Below, in pieces: positions 12,762 to 26,607 of a stretch of DNA of 64,000 nucleotides. The stretch comes from Octopus vulgaris (Eukaryota), in assembly GCA_951406725.2 (NCBI GenBank), contig OX597836.1:20646001-20710000 (forward strand). Reading direction: 5' to 3'. Numbering within the stretch: the first letter of the stretch is position 1; every line of letters starts with the position of its first letter. Position numbers and translations under genes: made by a program. The notes below the pieces were generated by a model, which was given only the letters and a program-made list of their open reading frames with translations, did not search any database and was not told the DNA's origin.

Positions 12762-14826
12762 TAAGTGTATAAAACCTATTGCAGTGAATGCAATGTATCA
12801 AATGTTATAACTACTCTCTGATAGCAGCATTCTCAATGTGGAGCCACATTGCAAATGGAATACAAATTGTTCTATAAAATTTGCCTGAAGTAGAGTTATT
12901 TTAGTCAAGTTCCCTTCTTAGAGATCTCAGATCTGCTGTCAATTCAAGTTGATGTCATTCTGCCACTTCAACTCAAATCCCAGCATTGAACTATTATGGA
13001 TTGAAGTAAACACAACAACATTTTTATTTCATCCTAAAGATGGAATTTCCTCTTCAGAACCAGGACAAAAAAAAAAAAAAAAAAACCTTCAGTGCTGATT
13101 CATGGATGGAAACATTACACATGGTACAAATATGTCATCTACAAGAACAAATTTAAAATTGGAGGAAAATAGTGAGAATCTACATTAGCAGTAAACAAAT
13201 GTAGTTAATATGAACACAAGAAAAGGTCTCGTATTTTGAGCTCAGGCTCTCTATCAACTACAATAGACAGAATTCTCTATCTCTTCCTTGATATAGACCC
13301 TGAGCCCTAAACAACAGACCTTTTATTTTCTTCTTAGTAATTGCAGCTATTTTAACCACCACACTTGTTTTAAAGTAATACTCATACAGTATCAGGACTA
13401 GTATCCAATGATGTGCAGAGATTGAAGACGAAATTCCTCAATTAACAAGCTTTCACTGAATATTCCACACCTTCTTTCCTATTCTTGAGCTGTCCTCACC
13501 TTCTAACTTTCATAGTTACTATTACTACTACAACAGCCTTTGCTTTTCTGGCCACTGATATGTGACAACATCATTACTTCATACAAATAGACAAATGTTC
13601 TCAAGTCATGTTTAGTATTTATCTTTTTAAAAATAGATTTAACACTTTACATGAGGTTTCTTTCCCAGAAGTTACCTTTCCCCCAGGATAACTCTACAAC
13701 CATATCCACAAAAATTCAAACTCAATAATAACCCTATTAACGAACAGAATCCAGTTTTTCTCTCTCCATGCTCTAAGAAAGTTTACAAATCATGTGAGGT
13801 GAGTTTTCTTGTTTAGGCAAACAATTTTTTGAAAAAATCCAATCCCAGACAGGCATTTAGCTTTTTCTGTATCTCATCAGGCTGCAAGTCTTTATCTTTA
13901 ATAGAGGGACTAAGGTTAGAAACCTCAACTGTTTTACTGACTGCAGCCAATATCAGTGTCAGACAGGTCATCTCAGTTGTTGGTCTTTTAATCAGTGTAT
14001 CCCAAGTTGCTGGTAACCACTTTGAATTTTGCAAGTGACTGAGTTGCATAAACATATTTCTGATAGAGCTCTTTGTACTTCATAACCTCTTTGCTGTGAC
14101 TATAACCAAGACTAACTTTGAGGCTAAGTCCAACCAAATACTTTACTTTCTCAGATGAAGCCACACCATCCCTACTAATATGCCACTGTCACAACCCATT
14201 AATAGTGTATGAGAAGTGAATTTACACCAAACTATTCTACAATGCTTAAGACAAGCTCATTATTAGTGTTTTAAATAAGACTAATACTTAAAAAAATAAA
14301 AATAAAAAGATGAAGAAATTATAACAATGTTATTACTAGTTCTGAAGTCAAAAAGGTAATTAATTAGTAGATAATTATTAAGGTTTAAGACATTTGGTAA
14401 ACCATGCTTCACAGTTATATCAGATAAGAGGAAAAGAAAAAGAAATATATATATATATATAAATAAATATATATAAATAAATATATATAAATAAATATAT
14501 AAAGGTACTCGACTCTGCAACACTGGAATAATATAGCGACTATTTGTCAAAACAACTCACAAAGCTTGAGGATTAAGGAACAGTAAAGGCCAGATGTGAT
14601 ATGCATAAACAAATATAGATATATATATGTATATATATGATATTTATATAATATAATATATACATATATAGACATACATAATATATGTATTATATGTAAC
14701 ACACACACACACATATATATATATACACAATATAAAGTAATAGTCAAGGAGCAAATATATATAGTGGAGACATCGAGTGGTGGAGAAACCAGTTTATAAG
14801 CTGTACAAATATATAGAGATATATAT

Positions 14827-14859
<33 letters not shown>

Positions 14860-15354
14860 CATATTTATTGGGAGAAATATCAAAATATGTGCAAAAACAT
14901 TGGCAATGGAAACACACGTTTCCAGGTGAAGTGTGGACTTACCGGAAATGTTTTGGAAAGATCCTACAGCAAGCGTTAAGAAAACAAAGACATTGAGCAC
15001 ACCATGGAAGAGAACAAAACAAAAACGCAAAAAACAGGGATACCCAAGACATGGGAGAGTGTTCACTCTTTGAGGGGTCTTTGTTTATTAATTCTACAAT
15101 TCTAAAATTCTAGTGTCTCACTCACTTCTCAAAGATTATTGATCTCTGCTGATTTCTAATAGTTATTGATTCTTAATTCAGACATACAAGCTATGAAATG
15201 GTTGGATAATATCCATACTCTCGGATGGTCATACTTGGCAATCCAGGAGGAAAGTGTAATGATGCTTGCTTCTACCAGGGCTATATGGAGCAGATGCCAC
15301 AGGATCCCACACACATAAATCTCCCAGGAATAGTTGGCCGCAAAAGTAGATTGA

Positions 15355-15723
15355 GAGGCGGTTGGATGGAACTTACACTTGCCTCCTTATGAGAGCTCCA
15401 AATCTCTCATGGAAGCGTCATCCAACCAAAGTACAAATATATGGGAAACTACCACCTGTATCATCTCTTGTGAAAGGTAGAAGAGTCCAGTTTGCTGGAC
15501 ATTGTTGTAGAGCTGAAAACGAGGTAATTTCTACTCTTCTCCTCTGGAAGCCATCTGCTCGCGATACCAGAGGGTGCACACTCTCCTACCCTGATGTAAT
15601 CTCCAGGGATACAGGCATCCAGCAACAGGACCTCCATAATGCTATGATGGACCGTGAAGTCTGGCGTCACATAGTAAATTCCATTGTCTCGACTACGGTC
15701 GAACAATGATGATGATGATGATG
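15355..15723 (+). mobile_element. 5'-truncated RTE/RTE-X-type LINE (end of ORF2 plus (GAT)n tail)
   Basis: ORF 15362-15709 (LDGTYTCLL...SWKRH...RRVQFAGHCCR...LLLWKP...AMMDREVWR) is a typical RTE-clade C-terminus; candidate TSD AGATTGA at 15348 and 15724. Confidence 0.85.
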
Positions 15724-17252
15724 AGATTGAATGTTATGCAAATATTGTGAGAGGCTAAAACTTGGTTTAGTCAATCCCTTGTATTTTACTGATATTTATG
15801 GTATTGGCTTCCAGAAGGATGAAAGATGAAAGAGTTTAAAGAGTTAACTCTGGCATGATTTGAACTCAGAATAGAATAGACCGTAACATATTTTCTCTGC
15901 TGCTTTAACAATCCTGTCACTTACAGGATCAAATTCAGTTTCTGGTCAAATGCAAATGAATGACAATATGTAAAAATGTAGAGTGAAATGAGTAGACACT
16001 TGTTACAATCAACAATTCACTGAATACATAAATTACTTTGGCACATTGCTTTAAGTTCTCTACATATCTACATAGAAGTCCATTACACACACACACACAC
16101 ACACTCATTCCTCCTCTTACAAACCGGGACCCCTATATATATATATATATAATCTATCTGTCTGTCTGTCTATCTATCTACATATATATATATAGGAAAG
16201 AATACTGGTCATGCATATATATATACATGCGTACATACATAAACACTACTCTGAGGAAATATTTTCTCTTCATTAATATTTTCACATTTTCACTTGAAAC
16301 ATTCATACCTCTTTTCCCAAAATCAATATCCTATTAGCATGTTTGTATGTGTGTGTCTGTGAATGGCAACAATACTACCCAGCTGCCAACCGTTGCAAAT
16401 ATAGTTTCTTTCTCCGTTTACACAAGACAAGACTAAGCACTTAGAAGGAGCAGGAGTTATCTCCCGTGTCTTACAAGCTCTATTTTAGTTGATACTATTG
16501 GTGCAGGGGTCATTAGAGTAGAGTTTTCCTGTGCCCTTTTGAAAATGGCATAAACAAAAGGAGACTGAGAATCAGTTTTTCTTTCCCTTTCAAAGAAATC
16601 CCTGAATGAAGTTTTCTAACAATGAGGATTTGCTATAACTGAAAGGAAGAAATTAAAATATTAAATTAATTGCTGCCTATCCTATCATTATCTAATTAAC
16701 CCTCAATGAATAAATATCTTAATGATGTCAGAAAAAACCCCACTGAGTTAGGGAAGCCCTCAGTTGCTATGACAGGCACTCTGTCAGATACAACAATGAG
16801 TGTCCCAGCTGATCTGATTAACGGAACAGTCTGCTCCTGAAATTAACATGCAAGTGGCTGAGCATTCCACAGACACACATACCCTTAACATAGTTCTCAG
16901 GGAGATTCAGTGTGACACAGAACGTGATAAGGCTAGCCCCTTGAAACAAAGGAACTACCCCTTTTTTGAAAACTGAGTAGACTGGAGCAACGTTGCTCAA
17001 GGACACAACACACTGCCAGGGATCAAACTCATGACCTTGTGATCATGAGTTGAATACCCTAACCACTAAGCCATGTACATTCACTCTGTTGCTGCTATTA
17101 CATCAGGACATAAGAGATGGCAGGAAACACACACACACACAACTTTAAAGTAACCGAATAAAAGAAAATATGTAAAAACTGAACAACTAAAGACAGTCTT
17201 TTTAATTTTAATACAGCTACTAGTAATTACATGAGAGATATGTATGTGCACA

Positions 17253-17295
<43 letters not shown>

Positions 17296-17694
17296 ATGTA
17301 TATATATATGTATATGTATGTATATATATATATATATGTGTGTGTATGTATGTATATATATATATATATATGTGTGTGTATGTATGTATATATATATATA
17401 TATATATATACATACACACACACAATATTTGATGCCATATAAGAAACATTTTTTTTTTTTTTAAATGTTTCAAAAAATCCACCCAAGTCTATATGTGAAG
17501 TTAGGCCTGTATAACATACTTTAATGCACTGAAAACATTTTGTCCTGAATATATGCACTGCTGAAGTTGGGATGCATCTAATATGCCTATGTGTCTTTTA
17601 TGTCATCAACTATGCTATACACACACACATATACATAAAAACACAAGAGACTGAGAAAAAAAAGAGGGAATGGAGGGAACAAAGAGGTAGAGAG

Positions 17695-17770
<76 letters not shown>

Positions 17771-18700
17771 AAGATAGTGTGTGTGTCTGAACAGAATTTT
17801 AACCAGAACATGATACAAAATAATTAATAATAATGTTACAATTAAACAGCAAAAATATTAATGAACAAAGAATAGTAATAATAACAACAACAATAAGAAT
17901 ACTGAAATAAATAAAAACTGATTATATTTTTTATAGCCTTGTTATAGCTATGCTTTTTTCATATCAAGTATTAAATTGTATTAACCAAACAGTGACCATC
18001 ACCATCTAAAATTACCATTGCTTTAATATGTAATGTGTAAAAGTAAAATACACAAATCAACAGTTTTCACAAATAAAAATCTAATTAAATTTTTTTTATC
18101 ACTATACCCCACTCCATTTACTTTTTTCGTATTACTAATGAGATACCTTGATTCTAAATCAATTTTGAAAATAATAAGGAATTTATTTGGAATAACGATA
18201 ACTCTTTTGAAGTTTGGCTCAAGGTCAACACCTGACATACAGCCATGCATCTCCACCTTCTCCTCTCACGTACTCCTGCTTAATAAAGTGGGAGCTTTTT
18301 CCTTGCCTTTTGGTCCTGTTCTTTTTCTGTCTGGCAAGTTACACAGCAATTTCACTAATGCTGGTGGCACAATAAAAAGCACCTAGTATACACCTGTAAT
18401 GTGGTGGGCATTAGGAAGGGCATCCAGTTGTAGAAATGATGCCAATGTTGATACTGGACTCAATGCAGCCTTCCAGCAGGTGAGATCCTTCCAACTCATG
18501 CCAGCATGAGAAGTAGATGTTAAGTGTTGATGATAATGATACATACATCCATACACACTCATACACATGAAAGAGAGAGGAGATTACTTATAACCCAATA
18601 CTATGTCTGTGTTTTATTTATCACATCACTGAATTGAAATCATATTTTATCTGTAGAACAAATTTATGCAAAAAGCGGAAATACATTCACACACAAATGC

Positions 18701-18742
<42 letters not shown>

Positions 18743-18911
18743 TACACACAGATTCACACAATCACATACTAATATACACACAGATTTATGTCTACAAACA
18801 GACATATATAAACACACAGACATGTACACACACACACACACATGGTTAGTAAAAATATAATATAACAGTTAGAATATGACGAAGTGGTTTTTAAAAAAAA
18901 TCTATACATAC

Positions 18912-19019
18912 TTAGGTGAAGGCATTGCAGAATGATGTGTGGGGCTGGGTTCCTGTTTTGACCGACTTTCAGCAGTCATTTTGTAGTTACTTGCATCAGA
19001 AGCATTGATGTAGTTTATA
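18912..19019 (-). CDS. MPDZ: Exon completing the PDZ6-equivalent domain plus linker (108 nt, phase 2-2)
   Basis: Acceptor (ttc)n-ag| and donor AA|gtatgt. Reads (S)INYINASDASNYKMTAESRSKQEPSPTHHSAMPSP(K); DI-S-INYI supplies the last PDZ strand and the phase matches the previous exon. Confidence 0.87.
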
Positions 19020-19038
19020 CTGAAGAAGAAGAAGAAGA

Positions 19039-19075
<37 letters not shown>

Positions 19076-19532
19076 TGAAGAAGAACAACAACAACAACAA
19101 AAATAGGAAGTACATGGTACAAATTGGTTAGAAAGGGTACTTGAGTTGGAAACGAGTAATATTTTGTGGGATTTTCCCATTCAAATGGATAACATAACAA
19201 ACCAGATATAACAGTAACAGAATAGGAAAATTGAATTAGTTTACAGATTGATCTGTTGTGTCTATTTGATAGGATTATCAAGAAAGCAGATGAATAGTTG
19301 AAAAAGAAAAAAAAATCCCTTAAAGACTGTACCTGTGATAATTGATGCATTAGGAAGTGTGATTGATGAATTAGAGAAAATAGATAAAGGAGATTGTAAT
19401 GGAATGTCCTGTAGACATTCGACAGAAGGTTTGCTTCATAGGAACTGGAGAGGTCATCAGAAGGGTTTTGAGCACTTGATGGCATACTGAAGTCATTTTG
19501 AATGTCTCAGTTTACAGGGAGCAACCCACTAA

Positions 19533-19787
19533 CAGGGCTGGTACTAGGAAGTGTGGGGGCCCAATTAGAGATTTGTCAGTGGGGCCCTCTACTCTATAAA
19601 AGATGAAGATTGATGTTTTATGCTTCATGTCCCAGCCAAAAAGTGTTGAGGGCTTGAGGCTCCAACATTAGCCATAATGATATACTAACAATTCATCATA
19701 GCATCCTCTGCTCAAGTGCACAGGGCCCTCTCTTGGTGTGGGGACCAATCTGAACAAATCTATGTAATAGACTTAAAGCTTGCCCTG
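19533..19787. mobile_element. Old hAT-like non-autonomous DNA transposon
   Basis: Termini CAGGGC...GCCCTG with internal ggggccc motifs; decayed 8-bp TSD (cccactaa / cctgctat). Confidence 0.55.
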
Positions 19788-22076
19788 CCTGCTATTCATA
19801 TAAATTCTACCTGGAATAAGACTAACCTGAGTCAAGATGATGATAATAAATTCTTTGAAATTTTGGCACGAGGCCAGCAATTTTGAGGGGAATGAACTAG
19901 TCAATTACATTACTTCACTAGTACTTTAATGACCTCAGAGTGAAAAAGAACAAAGTTAACACTGACAGGATTTGAACTCAGAATGTAAAGAGCTAGAACA
20001 AATATTGCAAAGCATTTTTTCCGAATCTAATGATTCTGCCAGCTCTCTGGAAAACGGACGTTAAACGATGATGATGATGATGAAGATGATTTCTGATATA
20101 AACCCACAAAATTGGTACTGACCTCAGTACTTTACCAGTACTTCATTGAGCCCAGAAGGATCAAAAGTGAAGCTGACCTGGGCCAATCCCATCTTTTTTT
20201 TTTTTCAGACATAAGTGCAGGTGTGGTTATAAACACAGGCATGGGCTGTGTGGTAAGAAGCTTGCTTCTGAACTGCATCCTTCCAGGTTCAGTCCCACAG
20301 TATGGCACCTTGGGCCATACAGTCTTCTACTGTACCCTCAGGCCAACCAAAGCCTTGTGAGAGGATTTGGAAGATGAAAACAAAGAAGTTCATCTATGTA
20401 TGTGTCAGTGTTTTTTGTTTGTTCCCCACCACCACTTGACAACCAGTGTTGGTTTGTTTATGTCCCCATACCTGAGCAGTTCAGCATAAGACTGATGGAA
20501 TAAGTCCCTGACTTCAAAAAATGGTGTACCACAGACTACATTATTTAATGAGCCATCTCAGCAGTAAAATATCAGCGGTACCTGATTCTCTTTAATTAGT
20601 TTTTAATTAGTTGAACTAGGCCAAAAAGAGTTACGCACCTTGTTTCACACCACTCTCCCATTTTTATAACAATTTTGGTGCAATTTGTGACAACGTGACA
20701 AAATAAGATCTATTAACAGTAGAGAGGAGATTATTAAATCAAACACAATGGTGAGGTGAAGGAGTACACAGGTAGGGGTAGCTGATGACTATATAAAATT
20801 TTGCACCTAAGGGAAACAACTGAAATTTTTATAACGATACTGAAAATGTACATATATTTGTATTACAAACATGCATTACAAGCACGCACCTACACCAAGT
20901 GTGTGTGTGTGTGTGTGTTAGTGCGTGTGTGTGCATTGCCTCAAGTATCAGATTAAAAAGAAAACTTTTGAATTGAAAAGGTGAAGGCTATGTTCTCTCC
21001 AAATTTTTCAATTCTTATGATGTAAACAATATATCTAATATCTACTGCACATACTCAATGTATATGTGTTTTGTTTACTGGTTTGCTGCGGCATAGCACC
21101 TTGGGGGACAATTCCTTCATTATGTTGGGTATAAAAAACACTTGAAATCTTAGACAAGTGTTTTAACTGGAGAGTAAACTAAACACATGCATTCAGTATG
21201 AGCAGCAGATAATGTTTACAACATTAGCACTGCTTTTAATTTGTTATTGAATATCTATCTATCTATCTTTCTGTCTGTCTGTCTATCTATCTATACATAC
21301 ATAAATATATACATACATCTATATTATACACACACACAAAAAAGCTTGTGAGTGTACATGTATATGTAACCATTCCAGTTGTTGTTGAATCATAATCAAA
21401 CAAGACCTATGATCAAGCAATTACCAGCCATGACCAGCCTGTCTTTCTACTGATATATAGTTCCTGCATTACAACAGACATTGTGACCAATCCAATATTG
21501 TGTGTGTATAAACACAATGACAAGGGTAGGATAATGAAGTTAGGAAAAATGTAATGTAGTTCTAGATGTACATAAGATGATGAAATGGTCAAGCATGGAA
21601 GGTTTTTTTTTTTATTACAGGTCTACTTGATCAGAATTAATCTGGGCTAGACAACACAACAGAGTCACAAACACAAACTTTTTCATGCCTGTGTGGTTAA
21701 GCAGTCTATTTTGCAACTGCATGTCTTTGTGTCCAATTCTACTGCATATCTTGGGACAGCATCTTCTTCTGCAGCTTCAGAGTGACCAAAGCCTTCTGAG
21801 GGAAGTTTGGCAAATGGAAACAGTTTGAAAGCCCATCAGAAGCACCATTCCTGCTATTGAGTAGTAGACTTAATACAACACCTAGCTTAATACCACAACA
21901 AGATATCTGAATGCCTTTAGCAGAGTCTAATCTGTTGCAAATATTCGGGCCATATCTCTGATGTAAAGATAGCATTCTCTTTCTTAATCTCACCACTCTC
22001 AGTGGCTTTTAAAAGCATCACAGATGCTGCTTTTGTCACTTTGACTAAATGACAAAAGAAATAATATAAGGTATAT

Positions 22077-22308
22077 ATTTCTTTACTACCCACAAGGGGC
22101 TAAACACAGAGGGGACAAACAAGGACAGACAAAGGGATTAAGTCAATTACATCAACCCCAGTGCGTAACTGGTACTTATTTAATCGACCCCGAAAGGATG
22201 AAAGGCAAAGTCGACCTCGGCGGAATTTGAACTCAGAACGTAGCGGCAGACGAAATACGGCTATGCATTTCGCCCGGCGTGCTAACGTTTCTGCCAGCTT
22301 GCCGTCTT
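22077..22308 (-). mobile_element. Young SINE family B copy
   Basis: Highly similar to the copies at 34061, 47270, 52646, 56881 and 60070. Confidence 0.9.
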
Positions 22309-22949
22309 CTCTAATATAAGATATAAAGACCAAATAAAACTGACTGAAGGACAAGCAAGTGCTGAGTTCCAGGTTATGCCATTGTAGTTATATTTATTTC
22401 ATTGGAAGTTTCCTTCCAACACATTGCAAAAAATAAAAAAAAAAAAACCCTCATTAAATAAAGAAAATGGGAATGGATCAGATGAATAGAAATTTGAAAT
22501 CTTTTGCTTGTTGAGCTGTAAATCCTTAAGAAGTTAAATCTTTCTCAGGAATCCAGATTGCTTTAGCTTTATCAAATAAGTTGACAGGACTTGGTTGTAT
22601 TAACACTTCACCTACCATGAGAGTCACAAAGTGATTCCCCACGCTATATTCTTAATAAGGTGCAAAATAGGTTTGGCTGTCAAAGTTTAAAAAACAAAAT
22701 ATAACAATCTGAAAATAGTCTTTCACATTGAAATCAAAAAGAGCAAAATGTCCAGAGTTGTCTCCCATACTTGCCAAATTATAATCAATGGTTAATATAA
22801 TTTTTTTTTTGTTCACTGTATAATTCTTTCTAATTAACTTTTTAATGCCCCCATTCCACCACAACCACCATTAAATGTAAACACAAACTTCAAAACAATG
22901 ACTATGAAATTCACAGAAGCTAGTGACATTCTGCATTGACTGACAGCAT

Positions 22950-23291
22950 TCCGTTACTTGTTTCAGTCAGGGGCACCATTATGCAGGGTTCAGTCAAACA
23001 AATTGATCCCAGCACTTATTCTAAGTCTGGTACTTATTCCAATGGTCTCATTTTTGCCAAACCACTAAATTGCCGAAGTATAAATCAAAACGACACCAGT
23101 TGTCAAATGATAGGAGACAAACACAACCAAGCACACATACACACAATGGGCTTCCTTATAGTTTCCGCCTGCCAAATTTCCTCACAAGGTGTTGGTTGGC
23201 CTGGGGCTATAAAAGAAGACACTTGGCCAAGGCGTGTACAGTAAGAGTGAACTGAAAACCATGTGCTTGCAAAGCAAACTTCTTAACCACA

Positions 23292-23337
<46 letters not shown>

Positions 23338-24175
23338 TGCAGGCATGGTTGTGTGGTAAGAAACTTGCTTCCCAACCACAATAGTTCTAGGTTCAATCCC
23401 GCTGTGTGGCACCTTGGTCAAGTATCTTCTACTATAGACTCGGGCAAACCAAACCCTTCTGAGTGGATTTTTTGGTAGACAGAAACTGAAAGAAATCCTT
23501 CATATATATATATATAAATATATGTATATACTTATGTGTGTGTGTCTGTCCTCCACCACCACCTGACAACTAGTGTTGCTGTTTTTACATCCCTGTAAGT
23601 TAGAAGTTTGGCAAAAGACACCAATAGAATAAGTACTGGGCTTAAAAAAGAAAAGTCTTGGAGTCTTGATTTGTTCAACGAAAACTCAAGGCAGTGCCCT
23701 AGTATGGTCACAGTTAAATGGCTGAAAACAAGTAAAAAGATTTTTTTAAAAATTATATATATATATATGGGCAAGAGTGGCTGTGTGGTAAGAAGCTTGC
23801 TTCCCAACCACGTAGTTCTGGGTTCAGTGCCACTGCATGGCACTTGCGGCAAGTGTCTTCTACTATAGCCTTGGGCTTACCAAAGCCTTGTGAGTGGATC
23901 TGGTAGACGGAAACTGTAAGAAGCCCATTGTGTATGTATGTATGCATATATATATGTATGTATGTATGTAAGTATTTGTGTGTCTGTGTGTCCCCCCCCC
24001 CCACCCCCCACCAATGACATTGGTGTATTTATGTCCCCATAACTTAGCAGTTCAGCAAAAGTGACCGATAGAATAAGTACTAGGCTTACAAAGAATAAGG
24101 CCTGGGGTCGATTTGTTCGACTAAAGGTGGTGCTCCAGCATGGCCACAGTTAAATGACTGAAACAAGTAAAAGAA
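22950..24175. mobile_element. Cluster of three SINE family A copies: 22950-23295 (-), 23336-23740 (+), 23769-24175 (+)
   Basis: Recognisable heads and tails; the first two are head-to-head across a (TA)n run. Confidence 0.88.
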
Positions 24176-24243
24176 TACACACACATATATATCTATATAC
24201 ATGAGAGAGAGAGAGAGTATATTGTGCTAAGATGATCAGTTAC

Positions 24244-24445
24244 CTTATATCCATCCCAAGTAGTGACGCACGCCGAAGAATTGCTCGTGACTGAGCATTG
24301 GTGACCCTCCGCATGTTTTCATTGTTGATGGACACAATATAGTCACCAACGGCAATACGTCCGTCTTTACTGACAGCGCCATCTGGTGATATTGATTTCA
24401 CCACACAACCATTTAGTCCTTTATCTACAGCATCTACAGTAATAC
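24244..24445 (-). CDS. MPDZ: PDZ6-equivalent core exon (phase 1-2); absent from the supplied ORF track
   Basis: Acceptor ttttcttgttttatag| and donor AAG|gtaact. Reads (G)ITVDAVDKGLNGCVVKSISPDGAVSKDGRIAVGDYIVSINNENMRRVTNAQSRAILRRASLLGMDI(S), matching the MPDZ PDZ6 pattern as recalled (DGRIA.GD.I.SIN.E....VTNAQ.RA.LRR.SL.G.DI). Confidence 0.93.
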
Positions 24446-24723
24446 CTATAAAACAAGAAAAAACATTTATGTAAGAACTAAAAAACCTTTTTGTAAATAG
24501 GAGTCTATTTGGCTATTTTAAAGGACCAAAATAGAGAATGTGATGACATCATTAAAGACAGTATTTTGAAAACAGAATATGGCAACGCTTCTTCCCTGTT
24601 CTCACCACTGGTCCAGGTCAGTTCTTTATTCAAAATGACTACCTTATTAGATAGGGCACTAGACAACATCTTGTTTGTACATTTCGTTTTAGACTTGCTG
24701 TCTATGGCTAAACCAATAATTTA

Positions 24724-25110
24724 GGTGCAGGAGTGGCTGTGTGATAAGTAGCCTGCTAACCAACCACATGGTTCCGGGTTCAGTCCCACTGCGTGGCACT
24801 TTGGGCAAGTGTCTTCTACTATAGCCTCGGGCCGACCAAAGCCTTGTGAGTGGATTTGGTAGACGGAAACTGAAAGAAGCCTGTCGTGTATACGTATATA
24901 TATGTGTGCGTGTTTGTGTGTCTGTGTTTGTCCTCCCAACATCGCTTGACAACCGATGCTGGTGTGTTCATGTCCCCGTAACTTAGCGGTTCGGCAAAAG
25001 AGACTGATAGAATAAGTACTAGGCTTACAAAGAATAAGTCCTGGGGTCGATTTGCTCAACTAAAGGCAGTACTCCAACATGGCTGCAGTCAAATGACTGA
25101 AACAAGTAAA
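24724..25110 (+). mobile_element. Young SINE family A copy
   Basis: Full length and highly similar to the copies at 30747 and 63556. Confidence 0.92.
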
Positions 25111-26454
25111 AAAAAAAAAAAAAAAAATTCTACAGAGTGCACTGAGAGTATTTTGCCAATGGTGCCTGCACCAGAAAGGTTGTTATGTCTTTACAAAGAC
25201 TAAAGCATCCTCTCTATTCTCTATTCTTGATACTTATTTCCCAACCACTTTACAGAATATGATGGGAGCATTTTATTCCTTTTATGACAGAACCAGCACT
25301 AGAAAAGTTCTCATGACCTTGACGGACTAAAGATCTTCTTGACCCTATGCTGTCTCTACTCATTTTAGCACAACTACTTTACTAGCATTAGAAATGTTAT
25401 CATGTCTTCAACAACACGAATGAGTACTCTCTTGTCTATGTTACCTCTGCTCATCCATGAGCCAGTGCACAGGGTATGTTTCATCATAGCACCAACACTA
25501 GAGATGTAGTCATGACTTCAGCCAGACTAAAGAGTCGTCTTGACCTTACAGTGTCTCTGCCAAAGGGTACTTTTTTGTTCTACATTTACCAACTACTTTA
25601 CAAGGTCTGCTGTTTATATTTTATTACAATGCCGACACCAGAAACATCATCTGCCCTTGACAGAAGAAAGGATCTTCTATACTCTATATTGTCCCCACTC
25701 ATTTGGCTACAACTTCATAGAGTGGACTGAGTATGTTTTACCATGGCACCATGGTGATTGAATGACAGAAATATGTTTTTGTTGTACACAAATTCTTAAG
25801 TAAATTCTCCAGTAGAGTTACTGTCATATGTCGAGCAAAGATCTTTATTTTGATACATTTCCACATAGTCAATAGTTGGGTTTATATTTCAGTTGATATA
25901 AATATCAGTTGGGAGACAATTCACAGCTAAGAGCCAGAAGAAATGCCTCTATGCATTTCATCTGACATGCCAATGATTCTGCCATTGCCTTAATAATGGT
26001 TTCACATTTTGGCACAAGTCAAGCAGTTTCGGCGGGACGGGGTAAGTCTACATTGAGCCCAGTGCTCAGCTGGTACTTATTTTATCGACCCTGAAAGGAT
26101 GAAGGGTAAAGCCAGCCTTGGAGGAATTTGAACTCAGAATGTAAAGATGGATGAAAAGTCACTAAGTATTTTTTTGCCCTGGTGTGCTAATGATTCTTCC
26201 AGCTTGCCCCCTTAATCACTGCCTTAATAAATATAATAACAATGCTTTCAAATTTTAGCATAGGGCCAGCAATTTTTTAGGACAGGGGAAGCTGATTACA
26301 TTAACCCTAGTCCATGACTGGTACTTATTTTATCAACACTGAAGGGATGAAAAGTCAAAGTGGACCTTAGTGGAATTTGAACTCTGAACACAGAGATGGA
26401 TGAAATGTCTGTAAGCATTTTGTTCGGTGTGCTAATGATTCTGCCAGCTTGCTA

Positions 26455-26475
26455 CATTATTATTATTATTATTAT

Positions 26476-26519
<44 letters not shown>

Positions 26520-26551
26520 ATAGTAGTAGTAGTAGTAGCAGCAGCAGTAGC

Positions 26552-26600
<49 letters not shown>

Positions 26601-26607
26601 ATAATAA
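26455..26607. repeat. (ATT)n(AGT)n trinucleotide microsatellite following a SINE B cluster (25920-26455)
   Basis: Direct reading. Confidence 0.95.

Noticed and set aside
13813-14055. 80-aa minus-strand ORF as the next exon of the PDZ gene
   Set aside because: No PDZ-like sequence or convincing phase-2 splice sites; I found no credible PDZ7 exon in 1-18900, so the next exon probably lies outside the window.
14900-14955. Hairpin with GAAAC-gtgt-GTT on the minus strand as another hammerhead
   Set aside because: No CUGANGA core upstream.
24689-25059. Recurrent ORFs such as QASFSFRLPNPLTRLWSARGYSRRHLPKVP suggesting a gene family
   Set aside because: Antisense translations of SINE family A copies.
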